Below are positions 11,830 to 24,518 of a DNA stretch of 64,000 nt, in pieces. The notes under the pieces are model-generated. The model ran no database searches, had not been told where the DNA came from, and saw nothing but the letters and a program-made list of their open reading frames with translations. Origin of the DNA: Octopus vulgaris. Taxonomy: Eukaryota. Numbering within the stretch: position 1 is the stretch's first letter; each line of letters begins with the position of its first letter. The DNA is taken from assembly GCA_951406725.2 (NCBI GenBank), contig OX597836.1, positions 9,672,001 to 9,736,000 of the forward strand, in the 5' to 3' direction. A program made the translations under genes and the position numbers.

Positions 11830-14580
11830 GGATTTCCAACCTTGTCTGATTTTCACGTTTTATTTACAATCTTATAATGATATATAATATAATATAATAA
11901 AATAAAATAAAATAAGATAATAGAATGTTAAATGTTCATTCTGATTGAACTAGTACTTTCATGCATTAAATTCTGCAATCTTCAGGTTCATGAAGTAGTG
12001 GTGACAGTCATGCTTCACAATTTTGGCTGTAACGAGATGATTGAATCTGTGCCTTAAATACAGCTGTGTGGGCTCCATATTGTTAGGTTTTGCAAACTGT
12101 ATTCTGACCAATCAGTGTGTAGTATCACTCAATTACTCAAGCTGATTGGTTTAGGCGTCACGCTTTGTTGGACATGTCAAGAGTCCTGTATCTTAACCCT
12201 GGCTGAGGCAGCAATTGTTGGGCTATTTTTAGAAATGTTGTAAATAGCCTTTGTCAGAGATTTTTATATTTTTATATTTCAATTGTCATCATCATCATTG
12301 TCAGCACCTTAATTATTGTTGCTAGTGGTGATGGTGGTGGCAATAGAACTTTTAACCCTAAATAAGATAATTTTCCTGCTATCTAAGTATTATTATTATT
12401 GCTTATTTAGCTTGGGTTCGAATTTATCAATAAAATTCTTTTCTTTGATTTCCTCTCGATTTTACTTGGGCAGTGTAATTTGTAGAATGGAAATATTATA
12501 TATATTTTCCAACCACATGTTGCTAGGTGGTTACTCAAAGGTATCTGACGGACCTCTGGGTCTCTAATTTGTTGTCGGTATACACGTGAGCGTTCTGATA
12601 GTGCATTTCCCGTCTGACCTACATATATTTCTTCACAATTTGGGCATTTGATGCAGTAAATTAAATTTCTGCTTTTGCAGTTCATATTCGCGTTTGTGAA
12701 TATTTTCCCGGTTTTTGTGTTTATATATTGGCCGGTATGTATGAATTGGCATGTGCCACAACGGCTATCATTGCATTTAGATACAGTGAATGTTTGGTCT
12801 TTGTTGCTAAGGTCAAATTTTGCCTTTGTTAGTAATTTTTTCAAGTTTTTAGGCTATCTTTTACTAGGAACCATAGCTCGATCCGTGATTATGTCTTTTA
12901 ATTCATTACTTTGGGTAATGATTGGTAGGTTTGCTTTGGCAATGTTGAAGATATTCTGGTGACATGGGTTGTGTGTCACTATGAATGGTATGACTTGTTC
13001 TTGTTTTCCTCTTCCTTGGGTTGTCCTAAGTTGTTGTATGGATATTTTTATAGCCCGTTGTATGCCATTTTCTATAAGTAGAGATGGGTATTTTTGTTTG
13101 TGCAAAAATTCTCTTAGTTCTGTTAGGCGTTTTTTCCTGATATTTGCATCGTCTATAATGGTACAAATTCTTCTGGCTAGGCAGTATGGGATGTTGCGTT
13201 TTGTATGTGGTGGATGGCATGACTTAAAATTTAGGTATTGATGTGTGTCTGTGTGTTTATAGTATATATCTGTGGTGATGGTGGTGTCTTTTTTAATTAT
13301 CATTATATCTAGGAATGGCAATTTGGTACTACTCATCTCCTTTGTAAATTGGAGAGATGGGTGTAGGTTGTTCAGGAGGATATTGAACTCTTCCAGAGTA
13401 TTTAGAGATTCTGTCCAGATTATGAAGCAGTCGTCAAGGTATCTCTTCCATGCCTTTTCAATAACTTTCTAAATCCAGTGCCATAGTTTACCTCCACCTC
13501 TTGGTAGAGTTGTTGTTCTAAGTATCCCATTACAGAGTTGGCATAAACGGGAGCAAACCTCGTTCCCATCGCCGTGCCTCTAATTTGGATGTAATTCTTT
13601 CCATTGAAGAAGAATGTGTTGTTTTCTAGAATAAGTTTGACTGTGTCTAATATAAATGGTACTGTGAATCTGCTGGGAATCACTTCTCTATGTTTTTCTA
13701 ACCAGTATTTAATCGCCTTTATTCCTAAATCGTGTGGAATATTGGTGTAGAGGCTTACCACATCAAAACTTAGTAAAACTGAATTTGTTTCTGTTGTTTT
13801 GGGAAGATGGGACAGGAAGTCGATGTCATCCCTGATGAAACTGGGTATGTAAGTACATAGTGGTTTCAAAACAATGTCAATAAAATTGCTTAGACGGTGG
13901 GTAGGGCATGCTGGACCAGCTATAATAGGTCTAAGTTTTAGGTCTTTTGGATGTAGTAATTTTATGTACTCACTTTCTTGTTCTTTTACTGCCTGTTGAA
14001 TATCTTTTGATTTATGTATTTTCGGTAAGCCGTAGAAGTTGCTGGGTTTTGGTTCGAAATTGGTGATGTAGTCTCTTTCATTATCGGTAAGTGAGTTGTA
14101 GTGTTTTGAGATCAGGTTGTTGATCTTTTTCATGATGTGGTGGTCTATATTTGAGGGTATTTCACAATAGAAGGTTGTGTCCTTCAGTTGGTCCTCAACC
14201 AAATCCTTATAGTATTCGGTATCCATAATAACAATTGCACCACCTTTATCTGCTTGTTTAATTATTATTGTTTGATCGTTTTGTATACGTTTACATGCAG
14301 ACATCTCTGATTTGTTAATGTTTGGCCTAACATTGGTATTGCGTCTAAGGGGAAATTTAGACAGGATATCAATGTATTGGTCAAGGTAGTTATTTCTTCC
14401 TTTTGGTGGGGTGAAATTTGATTTATTCCTTACTAGGGATTCATCAATCTCATTACTTTTGTTAGCGAAGAATTCTACAAGTCGTAATTTTTGACAGAAT
14501 TTTTGGATATCCTCCTTTAATTCTTGGTGGTTGGCTGTTGGTGTAGGTATGAATTTCAGTCCTTTTGACAGAAGTTGGAT
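11830..14580 (-). mobile_element. Penelope-like retroelement (Neptune-like): RT + GIY-YIG endonuclease with 3' pseudo-LTR
   Basis: LLSKGLKFIPTP, ADKGG, FYGLPKIHK, FDVVSLYTNIP, GTAMGT, LPFLD, a C-x4-C-x2-C linker and LIYCIKC..YVGQT. One frameshift (~13445) and one in-frame TAG (12854-12856). Confidence 0.92.
11946..11990 (-). ncRNA. Minimal type I hammerhead ribozyme in the Penelope pseudo-LTR
   Basis: tgaac-CTGAAGA-ttgca-gaatttaa-tgcat-GAAA-GTAC-TA-gttca. Complete core, stem I tgaac/gttca, palindromic stem III AGTACT. Same strand as the element ORF. Confidence 0.8.
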
Positions 14581-14606
14581 TTATTTATATATATACATAT
14601 ATATAT

Positions 14607-14641
<35 letters not shown>

Positions 14642-14653
14642 CACGTGCGCACG

Positions 14654-14701
<48 letters not shown>

Positions 14702-15530
14702 TAAATAAATAAATGGAGTTGAACGAAGATGTTAATAAAATTCCTTTACTTTCAATATATGTTTCGTGGTTCAATGGTTTTTGGGACTGGTCTGAGAGGT
14801 CAGAATGGTGTGAGTGTGCGTGTCCATGTGTGTATATATACATGTGTTTGTGTATCTGTGTGTGGGCTGTTTTTGATTGGTCCCAGGGTTTATTGTGGTG
14901 TATGTAAATGTGTCTGTGTGTGTTTAATATTTGGTAGGATGATGTGTGCACGTTTGTGTGTGATTAATATTTGTAAGGGTATTGTGTGTGCGCAAGTGTG
15001 TGTATTTGTTTGTTCGCGTGTGTGTATGTGTGCGTTTGTTGGTGCAAGTGTATGCTTGTGTGTTTTCTGTGTTAGTGGGGATATTATGTGTGTGTACGTG
15101 AGTGTGTGTGTGTATCTCTGTCTTAGTATGTTTGTGTTGTTATGGTTGTTTTGGTATTGTGTGTGTGTATATATGTGTGTGATTGGTATTTGTGATGGTG
15201 TTGTGTGTGCACATGTGTGTGTATATGTGTGTATTTGCATATGTGTATGTGTGCGCATGTATGTTTGTGTGTTTTTTGTGTTGGTGGGGATGTTATGTGT
15301 GTGTGTGTGAGTGTGTGTGTTGTGTCTGTCTGAGTTTGTGTTTTAATTGTCATTGTGGTGTGTGTGTATGTAAGCAACCTTATGTGTGTGTCAGGGTGCA
15401 TATGTATGTGTGTGGGTATGTGTGGATGTGTATGTGTGTGTAAGTGTGTTGTATTTATCAGGGGTTCTGTGTGTCCATGTGTGTTGGGTTTATCTGGGTG
15501 GTGTGTATGTGTGTGCATATATGGATGTGT
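14581..15530. repeat. Degenerate TG/CA-rich low-complexity tract with internal ~240-bp duplication
   Basis: GT-rich sequence; 14950-15190 resembles 15190-15430. 14704-14766 matches 5786-5846. Confidence 0.8.
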
Positions 15531-15559
15531 AATACATCCACTTGTCAGAGAGAAACAGG

Positions 15560-17880
15560 GTGAATTTCCGTGTAGTCATTCGAATGCTATTTAAAAATTT
15601 ACGGAAAAGATGTCGAAGACCGCATGGAAATATACACTCTGAACCCACCGCACTTTAATGTAAAGGACCACAAATCTGATTTCAATATTAATTCGACTAT
15701 AAGATTAATTTGTTCAAACAAGTCGGACGTTGCCAGAATCAGTCAAAATATATTTGACAGAATTATACCTATAGTGAAGAAAAAACTCAATTGTAACCTT
15801 TGGTTTAGCACAGGAGAAGTTATAACTTGGTTCTCATTTACTACCAAATAAGGCCAACTTGTCCTTACAATTTGACATTAATAGCTATTATGCATCTATA
15901 CTACCGATTATATTAAATAAAGCTATAATTTTAGCTAGAAGTCTCTCTGATATTACACCACTTGAAATTGATATAATACTACTAGCTATAAAAACACTTA
16001 TCAAATTTAATGCTAAATTATGGTGCCATGCTGCAAATAATAATTTATTTGCTATCACCATGGGATCCTCTGATTCTGCACAAATTACTGACTTGGTAGG
16101 CTTATATCTATTACAAAAGATCAGACGATGTTTCTCTTCTCTCAAAGGAAGATTATATAGAGACGACACTATCCTGGTATATAATGGCTGATCTAAAAGA
16201 AAAATAGGGAAAATGAGGGAAGAACTGCGTAAATTTTATAAAACCTTTGGTTTATCTATTACCTTTGAAAAAAGCTATTGTAAAGTAAATTTCTTAGATG
16301 TAACTCTGGACCTAAATACCTCTACTTATTCTCCTTTCCATAAACCTAATGAATTCCTCAAATATATAAACATTCATTCTAACCACCATGTATCATTACT
16401 TAATAGCATTGTAAATAGTATATCTATTAGAATCTCAGATCTAGCCTATAATGAAGAAATATTCAATAATCATGCAAGCTATTATAAGCAAGCTTTAGGT
16501 GCAGGTGGATTTAAACAAAATATTAAATATATAAAAGACACAAAACTTAAGATTTATATAACACAAATGGAACTAAACCAAACTACACATAATACTAAAC
16601 TAAGAAATACAGCTAACCTTACCTCTAATAATAATAATATTCAATCAATACAAAAAGATGAAACCTCTGTAAAACATGACAAAAAACTTAGAAAATGTTA
16701 TGTTAGACATAGAATCAAATATAGTAATAACAAAAAACATTCAGGAAATACTTTGCAAATTCCAAAATCAGTATATAACTATGATAATTTACGTAGTAGC
16801 AGTGAAAATAGGGAAATAATTTGGTACACACCCCCATTTTCAAAAAATGTTAAAGGATTAGCAAAACAATTTCTAAACATAGTCAAAAATAGCTTTCCTA
16901 ATAATTATAAGTATCACCATATTTTAAATAGATCAACAATGAAAATATATTTTTCTACATTGCCGAACATAGGATCAATTATCACCAGCTCTAATAGACG
17001 AAAACTTAATAAACATAAAAATAGTTTAAGAAATAATAATAACAACAATAATACTAGTAATGAAACAGACACTAGTCCTGAATACCAAATAATACTCAAC
17101 ATAATACTAGTTCAATAGATATCATTACGAGAATACATAGCAATACTATAACATTAACAAAATCTCAAAATTCCAATAATCATACATCTCAAAATATACA
17201 ATATGATTTGGGTAATCCAGTGCCACAATCTAATAACAATAACACACAAACTGTAAATATACTTGATTCTATTATAAATGGTTCCCCAACAAATTCAAAT
17301 ATAACACCACACACCATAACAAATAATCATAACAGTATTAAATATTATACCACAGAAAAGAAATATACAACTAAATATCGCACATCATCATCATCATCAT
17401 CATCATCGTTTAGCGTCCGTTTTCCATGCTAGCATGGGTTATGAAAAAAAATTATGTCCTTTAGAAGGCAAATGTAGCTGTTCAACGTGATATATAAGTG
17501 CACTGTTACAAAAACTAATAACTCAAACAATGTGGTATATATATATAGGGAGCCCTATTAACTTTAAACGAAGGTCTTTAGCACATATACATTCATTTAA
17601 CCCGAATATAACGAGTAACACTACTTCATTGGCGACATATATACATAAACTCAAACAAAAAAATGTTAGCTATAAATTATCCTGGTCGGTCATAGACTCA
17701 GCTCCACCATATACACATATGTCTTCTATCTGCCGTCTTTGTACAAAAGAATTGTTACACATATTATTATATAAACAAAATAATTTAATTAATTGCCAAT
17801 CGGAAGCGTTATCCACATGTAGACATAGGTTTTATATAACTTTTAAACACTATAAGAGATCAAGTAAAAATTCACATTAA
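15560..17880 (+). mobile_element. Degenerate Penelope-like retroelement (Naiad-like) RT + GIY-YIG
   Basis: KDHK..F, QFDINSYYASI, TMGSSD, LYRDD, VNFLDVTLDL, IIWYTPPFS, CPLEGKC, YIGS...FKRR, CRLCTKE; several frameshifts and stops. Confidence 0.85.
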
Positions 17881-18366
17881 TATCTTATTTTTCACATCGT
17901 GGTATCATCATAACAGTAGGATTGTTACAAGTAAGAAAAATGAAAACTGAATTTGAATTATTTTGAGTATACACATATTCACATAGTATAAATTATCCAT
18001 TAGATGAATGCCAGAAATATGTCTTCATGAAATTTGAACCTGTACACCTCTAAAGTACAATAAATTGATTTTAAATATAATAATTTAAATATTACATTAA
18101 TTTACTCTATATTGGGTCAGTAAACGGCTATTTTTATATTTGCATAAAGTATAACAATGACATCATCCAGTCTTGTATATACAACTATAAAAGGCAAAAA
18201 TTTAACTACTTTATTTTCTGCATTTATGGATCACACATTGAAGAGAACAGAATTATGGAATTTATATTTACACATAGCCATTATGGATTACCACAGTGGA
18301 TTTTACCATGGATGTATATTACCTTTGAAAATATGCTGTGTGTGAGAAGACCCGGCAGGACAAGTG

Positions 18367-18781
18367 AGACCCGCTTTAGTGAATTGAAAAGGAGTGATGT
18401 TTCATCAGGACAATGCACGACCCACACTGCAAAGATCACATCACAGAAGATCAAAGAGCTTGGTTGGGAAAAAATTCCTCATCCACCTTATTCTCCCGAC
18501 CTTGCTCCTTCAGACTACCATTTGTTTCGTAGTTTACAGAATCATTTGGAGGATATAACTTTCGCAAGTCAGGAAGAGGTCGAAGCTGACATTTCAGAGT
18601 TCTTCGCTTTGAAACCAAAAGAGTTTTACATTGATGGGATTAAAAAGCTTTTAAATAGATGGAAGAAAGTCATAGATAATCAGGGAAAGTACATTGATGA
18701 TTAATTTTCAATTAAATATAACATTTGATCACTTGTTTTCTTCATTCAAAATTCGGACAGAACTTATGGGTTGACCTGATA
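18367..18781 (+). mobile_element. Mariner (DD34D-type) transposase 3' fragment with right TIR
   Basis: FHQDNARP, HPPYSPDLAPSDYHLF, RW..VIDNQGKY; ends gaacttatgggttgacctga-TA. Confidence 0.9.
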
Positions 18782-18933
18782 TTAATACAATATTATTATA
18801 TCTTCTATGATGATTTTTTGATGTAATTTTCCTGCTCATATTTTATAATATAATATATAATAATTGCTCTTATTAAAGGGCACTTATTAGAAATACAGTA
18901 TATTGTATACACATTGAATATATTTCATTAACG

Positions 18934-18976
<43 letters not shown>

Positions 18977-18979
18977 GTG

Positions 18980-19010
<31 letters not shown>

Positions 19011-19048
19011 TGAGCATGCGAAAACTCTGAAAATATATATTAACTTAC

Positions 19049-19087
19049 TGAGCAAATGTTGGTACTTGTCAAGCATTTCTTCATCAT
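19049..19087 (-). CDS. First coding exon of glycosyltransferase paralog A (MMKKCLTSTNICS)
   Basis: ATG ATG AAG AAA TGC...TCA|GTAAGT phase-0 donor matches the phase-0 acceptor at 1908. Homologous to the plus-strand exon at 21755. An upstream acceptor tttttctAG lies at 19182-19181. Confidence 0.75.
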
Positions 19088-19312
19088 GAAAGTTTTCCGG
19101 TTGATAACTCTCTGTACTGCCTCTCTTTCCCTTCAAACAGCAATGAAACATGTCATGGAAGTTCACAACATGCATAAAAACTAGAAAAACAATATCTTCC
19201 CATTGTAAACATTAGTGTCATGTGTCTGTGCACGATCATATATCACTCAATGACAGGACATACATTTGACTGCATTAAAATCATCTATTTATCTATCTAT
19301 CTATCTATCTCA

Positions 19313-19345
<33 letters not shown>

Positions 19346-19346
19346 G

Positions 19347-19790
19347 TGAATGTTTTAAAAAAAGATGGGTGAATGTAGCAAGGATGGCACATATGAATGA
19401 CGAAGCCACCTTGACTATGATTCTATGAATCGTAAAAATTAATACAGAGAGTTGCTTATTTGCAAAAAAAAAAAGAAAAAAGAATATAACATGTGACTTC
19501 ATTGACCGAGGTTACCGTGGTCTTTTCCGTAGGCTTTTCTTTCCACGGGTAAACCTCACCTGTCCTCCCCTTTACACTTCATATTGACATTTCTTTTATA
19601 ACGATCCCTATTGATCAACCCCCCTCCCTTTTTTGTAAATTTTATCCCCCCCTTTTTTGTCCTCTTTCTTTCCTTTTACAATCCCTTTTGATCGAAAACC
19701 AAACCGCCTTTTTTTACCCCCAAAAGAAAAGCTCTACCTTGTAATTTGTCCTGTCAGTGTGCAGCCCTGTGTGACTATTAAAGAAACATA
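19347..19790 (+). mobile_element. 3' fragment of an L1/Tx1-like LINE within a (CTAT)n microsatellite
   Basis: C-terminal CFKKRWVNVARM...IL* followed by a C/T-rich 3' UTR and tail gccctgtgtgactattaaagaaac. Flanked on both sides by tatctatctatctcaatc. Confidence 0.6.
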
Positions 19791-19822
19791 TCTATCTATC
19801 TCAATCAATCTATCTATCTATT

Positions 19823-19998
19823 AAAAGGAGTGATGTTTCATCAGGACAATGCACGACCCACACTGCAAAGATCACATCACAGAAGATCAAAGAGCTTGGT
19901 TGGGAAAAAATTCCTCATCCACCTTATTCTCCTGACCTTGCTCCTTCAGACTACCATTTGTTTCGTAGTTTACAGAATCATTTGGAGGATATAACTTC
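19823..19998 (+). mobile_element. Local duplicate of part of the mariner fragment at 18387-18563
   Basis: Near-identical sequence including the same frameshift (gcacgacccacact). Confidence 0.9.
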
Positions 19999-20489
19999 AT
20001 ATCCTAGTGATATGTTCTGCTATCGACATGTTTGTAAAGAATCAATTGTGCTAGTCTAGAGGAGTGGCCATGGTTGTTGATTGTCTAGTTTAGCTGTAGT
20101 GTGAAAGCATGTGTCTTGGTGGTTAGGGCATTTGGTTCATGATTGTAAAGTCGTGAGTTCAATTCCCAGTGACAGGTTGTGTCCTTGAGCAAGACACTTT
20201 ACAGTAGTACCTGTTAAGGGTACACGCGTCTGTGGTGTGCTCAGCCACTTGCACATTAATTTCACGAGTAAGCTGTTCCGTTGATCGCATCAGTTGGGAC
20301 CCTCGTCATCATAACCGATGGAGTGCTCCTTAGTTATAGTAGCAGCAGTAGAGAAAGATAGCAATAATGACAATAGATTAATTGTGGCATTTGGAGAGGA
20401 ATGAGGAATGTGAAGGGCTGCTAATTGTGGAATTTAAAGGGTCATTAATTGAGGCCAGGATTGAGGAGTGACTGTGGCTGCTGGTCATG

Positions 20490-20681
20490 TCTTCTTCTTC
20501 TTCTTCTTCTTCTTCTTGTGGTAAAAGAGTACAGCGGGGGTTCATCCTCCCCCACCCGCCGGAACCTCTTGGAGCTTGGGTGCTTTTGTTGCTCAGTAAA
20601 CACTCACAATGCCTGGTCTGGGAATCGTTCTTATGACCGCCGTGAGTCCGCTGCCCTAACCACTGGGCCATTGTGTCTCCA
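20490..20681 (-). mobile_element. tRNA-derived SINE, third family (head ggaggcgcaatggcccagtggttagggcagc)
   Basis: A-box-like head and (GAA)n tail; homologous to 30770-31077. Confidence 0.7.
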
Positions 20682-21139
20682 CTCATGTTGTTGTTGTTGT
20701 TGTTGCTGCTGCTGCTGCTGCTGCTATTGTTGCTGTAGCAGTTTTTGTTGTTGAAGGGGGTAGTTGGGGAAAATACATGTTGAAGCTTTACAAATGTCCT
20801 GTGGATTAATTTAAATTGTTCTGCATCTGCTTCTCTGATTGGTTATTGAACTGTCTGAGTGTTCCTTCAGCAAAGTAATTCAATCACAAAGCGCCAATGG
20901 TTTCGGTCTGGGGAAGACAAAACCATGTGATTATGAGAATGTTGATTTTCCTCTCAGGTTACTTTAGTTTATTGTAGACATGTGCAACGATGTGCAACGA
21001 TGTGCGCCCAATAATACTTTATTTGTTCCACATCCTCGCATTGTTTTCTTTTTGTTTTCTTGTTTGGATTAACTATATATATATATATGTGTGTGTGTGT
21101 ATATATATATTTATATATATGTATATGTATGTGTGTGTA

Positions 21140-21595
21140 TATGTTTGTGTGTCTGTGTTTGGCCCCCGAACATCACTTGACAACCAATGCTGGTGTGTTT
21201 ACATCCCCGTAACTTCGCTGTTCAGCAAAAGAGAACCGATAGAATAAGTACTAGGCTTACAAAGAATAAGTCGTGGGGGTCGATTTGCTCGACTACAGGT
21301 GGTGAGCTGGCAGAAATGTTAGCACACCGGGCGAAATGCGTAGCCGTATTTCATCTGCTGTTACGTTCTGAGTTCAAATTCCGCCGAGGTGGACTTTGCC
21401 TTTCATCCTTTCGGGGTCGATAAATAAAGTACCAGTTTCGCACTGGGGTCGATGTAATCGACTTAATCCCTTTGTCTGTCCTTGTTTGTCTCCTCTATGT
21501 TTAGCCCCTTGTGGGCAGTAAAGAAATATATACAGGCGGTGCTCCAGCATGGCCGCAGTCAAATGACTGAAACAAGTAAAAGAGTAAAAGCGTAA
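21140..21595 (+). mobile_element. Nested SINEs: a gagctggcagaa-type SINE (21298-21529) inserted into a second SINE
   Basis: Host SINE body is interrupted; the flanks tacaggtggtg / tacaggcggtg look like a target duplication. Confidence 0.8.
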
Positions 21596-21754
21596 AAATG
21601 AAACCTACTAAAATGTTTCAGATGAAAAGTTATCAGTCACTTCCGCATTTAAGAGGACAAAAGTAGCCGTCAGTTAACAGGCATGGCCTGTTTCACTGTA
21701 GTTTGGAAGGAAAGAGACGCAATACAGCGAGTTATTAAGTAAGAAACTTTCACA

Positions 21755-21787
21755 ATGAAGAAATGCCCAAGAACTAGATTTCACCCA
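21755..21787 (+). CDS. First coding exon of glycosyltransferase paralog B (MKKCPRTRFHP)
   Basis: ATG AAG AAA TGC...CCA|GTAAGT phase-0 donor. The upstream ~70 nt are homologous to the reverse complement of 19088-19155. Fits the acceptor at 24543. Confidence 0.75.
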
Positions 21788-21849
21788 GTAAGTAAATATA
21801 TTGTTGGTTTCTCCACACGCAACACACACACACACTCACACACACACAT

Positions 21850-22211
21850 TCTCTTATTTGTTTCAGTCATTTGGCTGCGGCCATGCTGGAGCACTGCCTT
21901 TAGTCAAACAAATCGACCCCAGGACATATTTTTTGTAAATTTAGTACTTATTTATCGGTTTCTGTTTGCTGAACTGCTACGTTATGGGGATGTAAACAAA
22001 CCCACATCAGTTGTCAAGCAATGGCGGGGGGACAAACACACACACACATATATACATTCTTTTATTTGTTTCAGTCATTTGACTGCGGCCATGCTGGAGC
22101 ACTGCCTTTAGTCGAACAAATCGACCCCAGGACATATTTTTTGTAAATTTAGTACTTATTTATCGGTTTCTGTTTGCTGAACTGCTGCGTTATGGGGATG
22201 TAAACAAACCA
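21850..22211 (-). mobile_element. Tandemly duplicated SINE 3' half
   Basis: 21853-22002 is repeated at 22061-22211. Confidence 0.85.
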
Positions 22212-23975
22212 AATGCAAACATGTTCTGGTTTTTATTGACAATGACTACCATTAGCAATAAATGTTGCATTGATAAATAAAAGGTATTGATTAGTTTTTC
22301 CATTAGTCTAATACATGATGACTTTTTGAATTGTAAAGTAAAACCCAACGGATAAAACAAGTGTTTGTTTGGGAAATGCCAGCATAGGCCTCAAGAGACA
22401 GTCATATTTAATGTCCCCCATCAAAACTAATGTATTTTGTACAATAAGTACCTTTTTAAAGGTCACTAATAATCATATGTACATTTTACAAATCCATTTG
22501 AAAATTTTGAAAGGTCGGCAACCTTCATTTCTTTTTAAAACACATAATTATGTTACATTAGTTAAATTTGATGGTCAGCTTTCAACATTATTATTAATAT
22601 ACATTAACCACACTGAAATCACCTATTTATCCTTATCTATAGATTAAGAGGGCTTAAGATGGGGCTAGGCATTGTCTTGTCTAAATAAAGAAAGTCTCCC
22701 AAAATAATAAGTTGTATTATTACAGATCATTGTGGAAACTTCTTTGTGGTTACTTAACCTGGTAGAAATAACAAACAATTATATTATTAGTTAGAAATGA
22801 TGGTCAGCCTTCAACAACATTATAAGTATCATGATAATCTTCTACCTCCCTGTTTTGAAGCCTGTTATCTTCCTTTATATTCATTCTTCTATGATGATCC
22901 ACTTAGTTCTGACATATATCCTTACAAGAATTTAAACTCTTAACATAAGTAAACCCTGTGCTTGTGTGTTTAAATGGTTCAAAGCTGTATTAGCTATTTG
23001 TTTCATGTATGTATCCAGTACATACTGTTATTTTGTTTTTGTTTTGGCCCTTGTCATCTCTGGTTGTGCACATCCATGATCAAAGGCATTCAAGCTATAA
23101 TTGTCCAGCATGTCTTGAATTTGGACTTGGTGTATTTAGGATTATTAAACAACTCTTCTCTCTCTCTCTGATGAAGAGTTCAGCCCAAAATGTTAGACTT
23201 GTCTTCTTCCTCATGCCATATATATTTATTTTATTAAACATTTTGTATTTCTATTTGCTGATGTTGGCCACTAATAGTTTCATCATACTCTAATGCTTTG
23301 ATATCATGGACTAAATCTTTCAATTTATTAAGCTGGTGGAAAGTGAAGTAAATTTATCTGCTATTTCTGTCAGGTTGAATGTGCACATAGAGGTTCCCAT
23401 GTTGGCATGTATATACATAGTTTACTATATTTTGGTGTTCCTTCCTTAATTTATATCACAATCTTTGGATCTCTTACCACAGGAGACTACAATAATTGAG
23501 TGATGCTCGTGTGGTTAATATTAATTTATAATGATGTTAAATGCTATAATTACTAGATGGAAAATATGAGCAGGAAGGAATGATATTTTGCAGATGCATT
23601 GTTAGGGAAGATTGATTATGCAAAATGTTTTTGAAGGTAGGTGTATCAAGAACTATACCACTCCTGCAAACTATATCAATGTTCTTTGATTGCTATTCAT
23701 GATATGTGCAATCCTGTTACCTTTCCCAAAATATTATTGAATATAATTTCTATTTTAACAGCATAGTTATGAAATAAGATAGATGCATGTATTGGCAGAC
23801 ATCTCCATTTAACCCTTTCGTTACCAACCCGGCTGAAACCGGCTCTGGTTCTGTGTACAAATGTCTTGTTTTCATAAGTTTTGAATTAAAATCTTCCACC
23901 ATATACATACATAATATATATATAAAATTATATGTATAAATACATATATAAATAAAATTATATATATATACATAC

Positions 23976-24470
23976 ATCATCATCATCGTTTAACGTCCAT
24001 TTACCATGCTGGCATGCGCTGGACAGTTCGACTGGGGTTTGGGAAGCCAGGGGGCTGCACCAGGCTCCAGTCTGATCTGGCAATGTTTCTACAGCTGGAT
24101 GTCCTTCCTAACGCCAACCACTCCAAGAGTGTAGTGGGTACTTTTTACATGCCACTGCACAGGGGCCAGAGGAGCTGGCATTGACCAGAGGACCACCAAA
24201 GCCTTGTGAGTGGATCTCGTACACAGAAACTGAAAGAAGACCGTCATATATATGTGTATATTTGTGTGAGTGTGTGTGCGTGCGTGTGTGTCTGTGTAGC
24301 TTTTCCATTGCTTGACAACTAATGTTGGTGTGTTTACGTCCCCGTAACTTAGCCGTTTGGCAAAACACAGTACTAGGCTTACAAAGAATAAATCCTGGGG
24401 TTGATTTCTTTGATTATTGGTGGTGCTCCACTATGACCACAGTCACATGACAAAAACAAGAAAAGCAATA
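23976..24470. mobile_element. RTE tail element (minus) abutting a 5'-truncated SINE (plus)
   Basis: Matches the families described above. Confidence 0.8.
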
Positions 24471-24487
24471 AAAAACTATGCCATTTT

Positions 24488-24518
24488 AATCCTGAGCAAT
24501 GCTGGGTATCTCTGCTAG
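24488..24518 (+). mobile_element. Helitron-like 3' terminus (hairpin + CTAG) just upstream of the paralog B acceptor
   Basis: aatcctgagcaatgctgggtatctctgCTAG-t; same end as 6920-6950. Confidence 0.6.

Noticed and set aside
16189-16191. In-frame TGA in the Naiad-like RT as possible selenocysteine
   Set aside because: Selenoprotein-encoding Naiads are reported, but this copy has several other frameshifts and stops and I cannot identify a SECIS. Ordinary decay is the simpler reading unless the family consensus keeps the TGA.
23165-23197. Hammerhead-like tctCTGATGA...aaaatgttaga
   Set aside because: GAAA core and stem II are mutated; at most a dead remnant.
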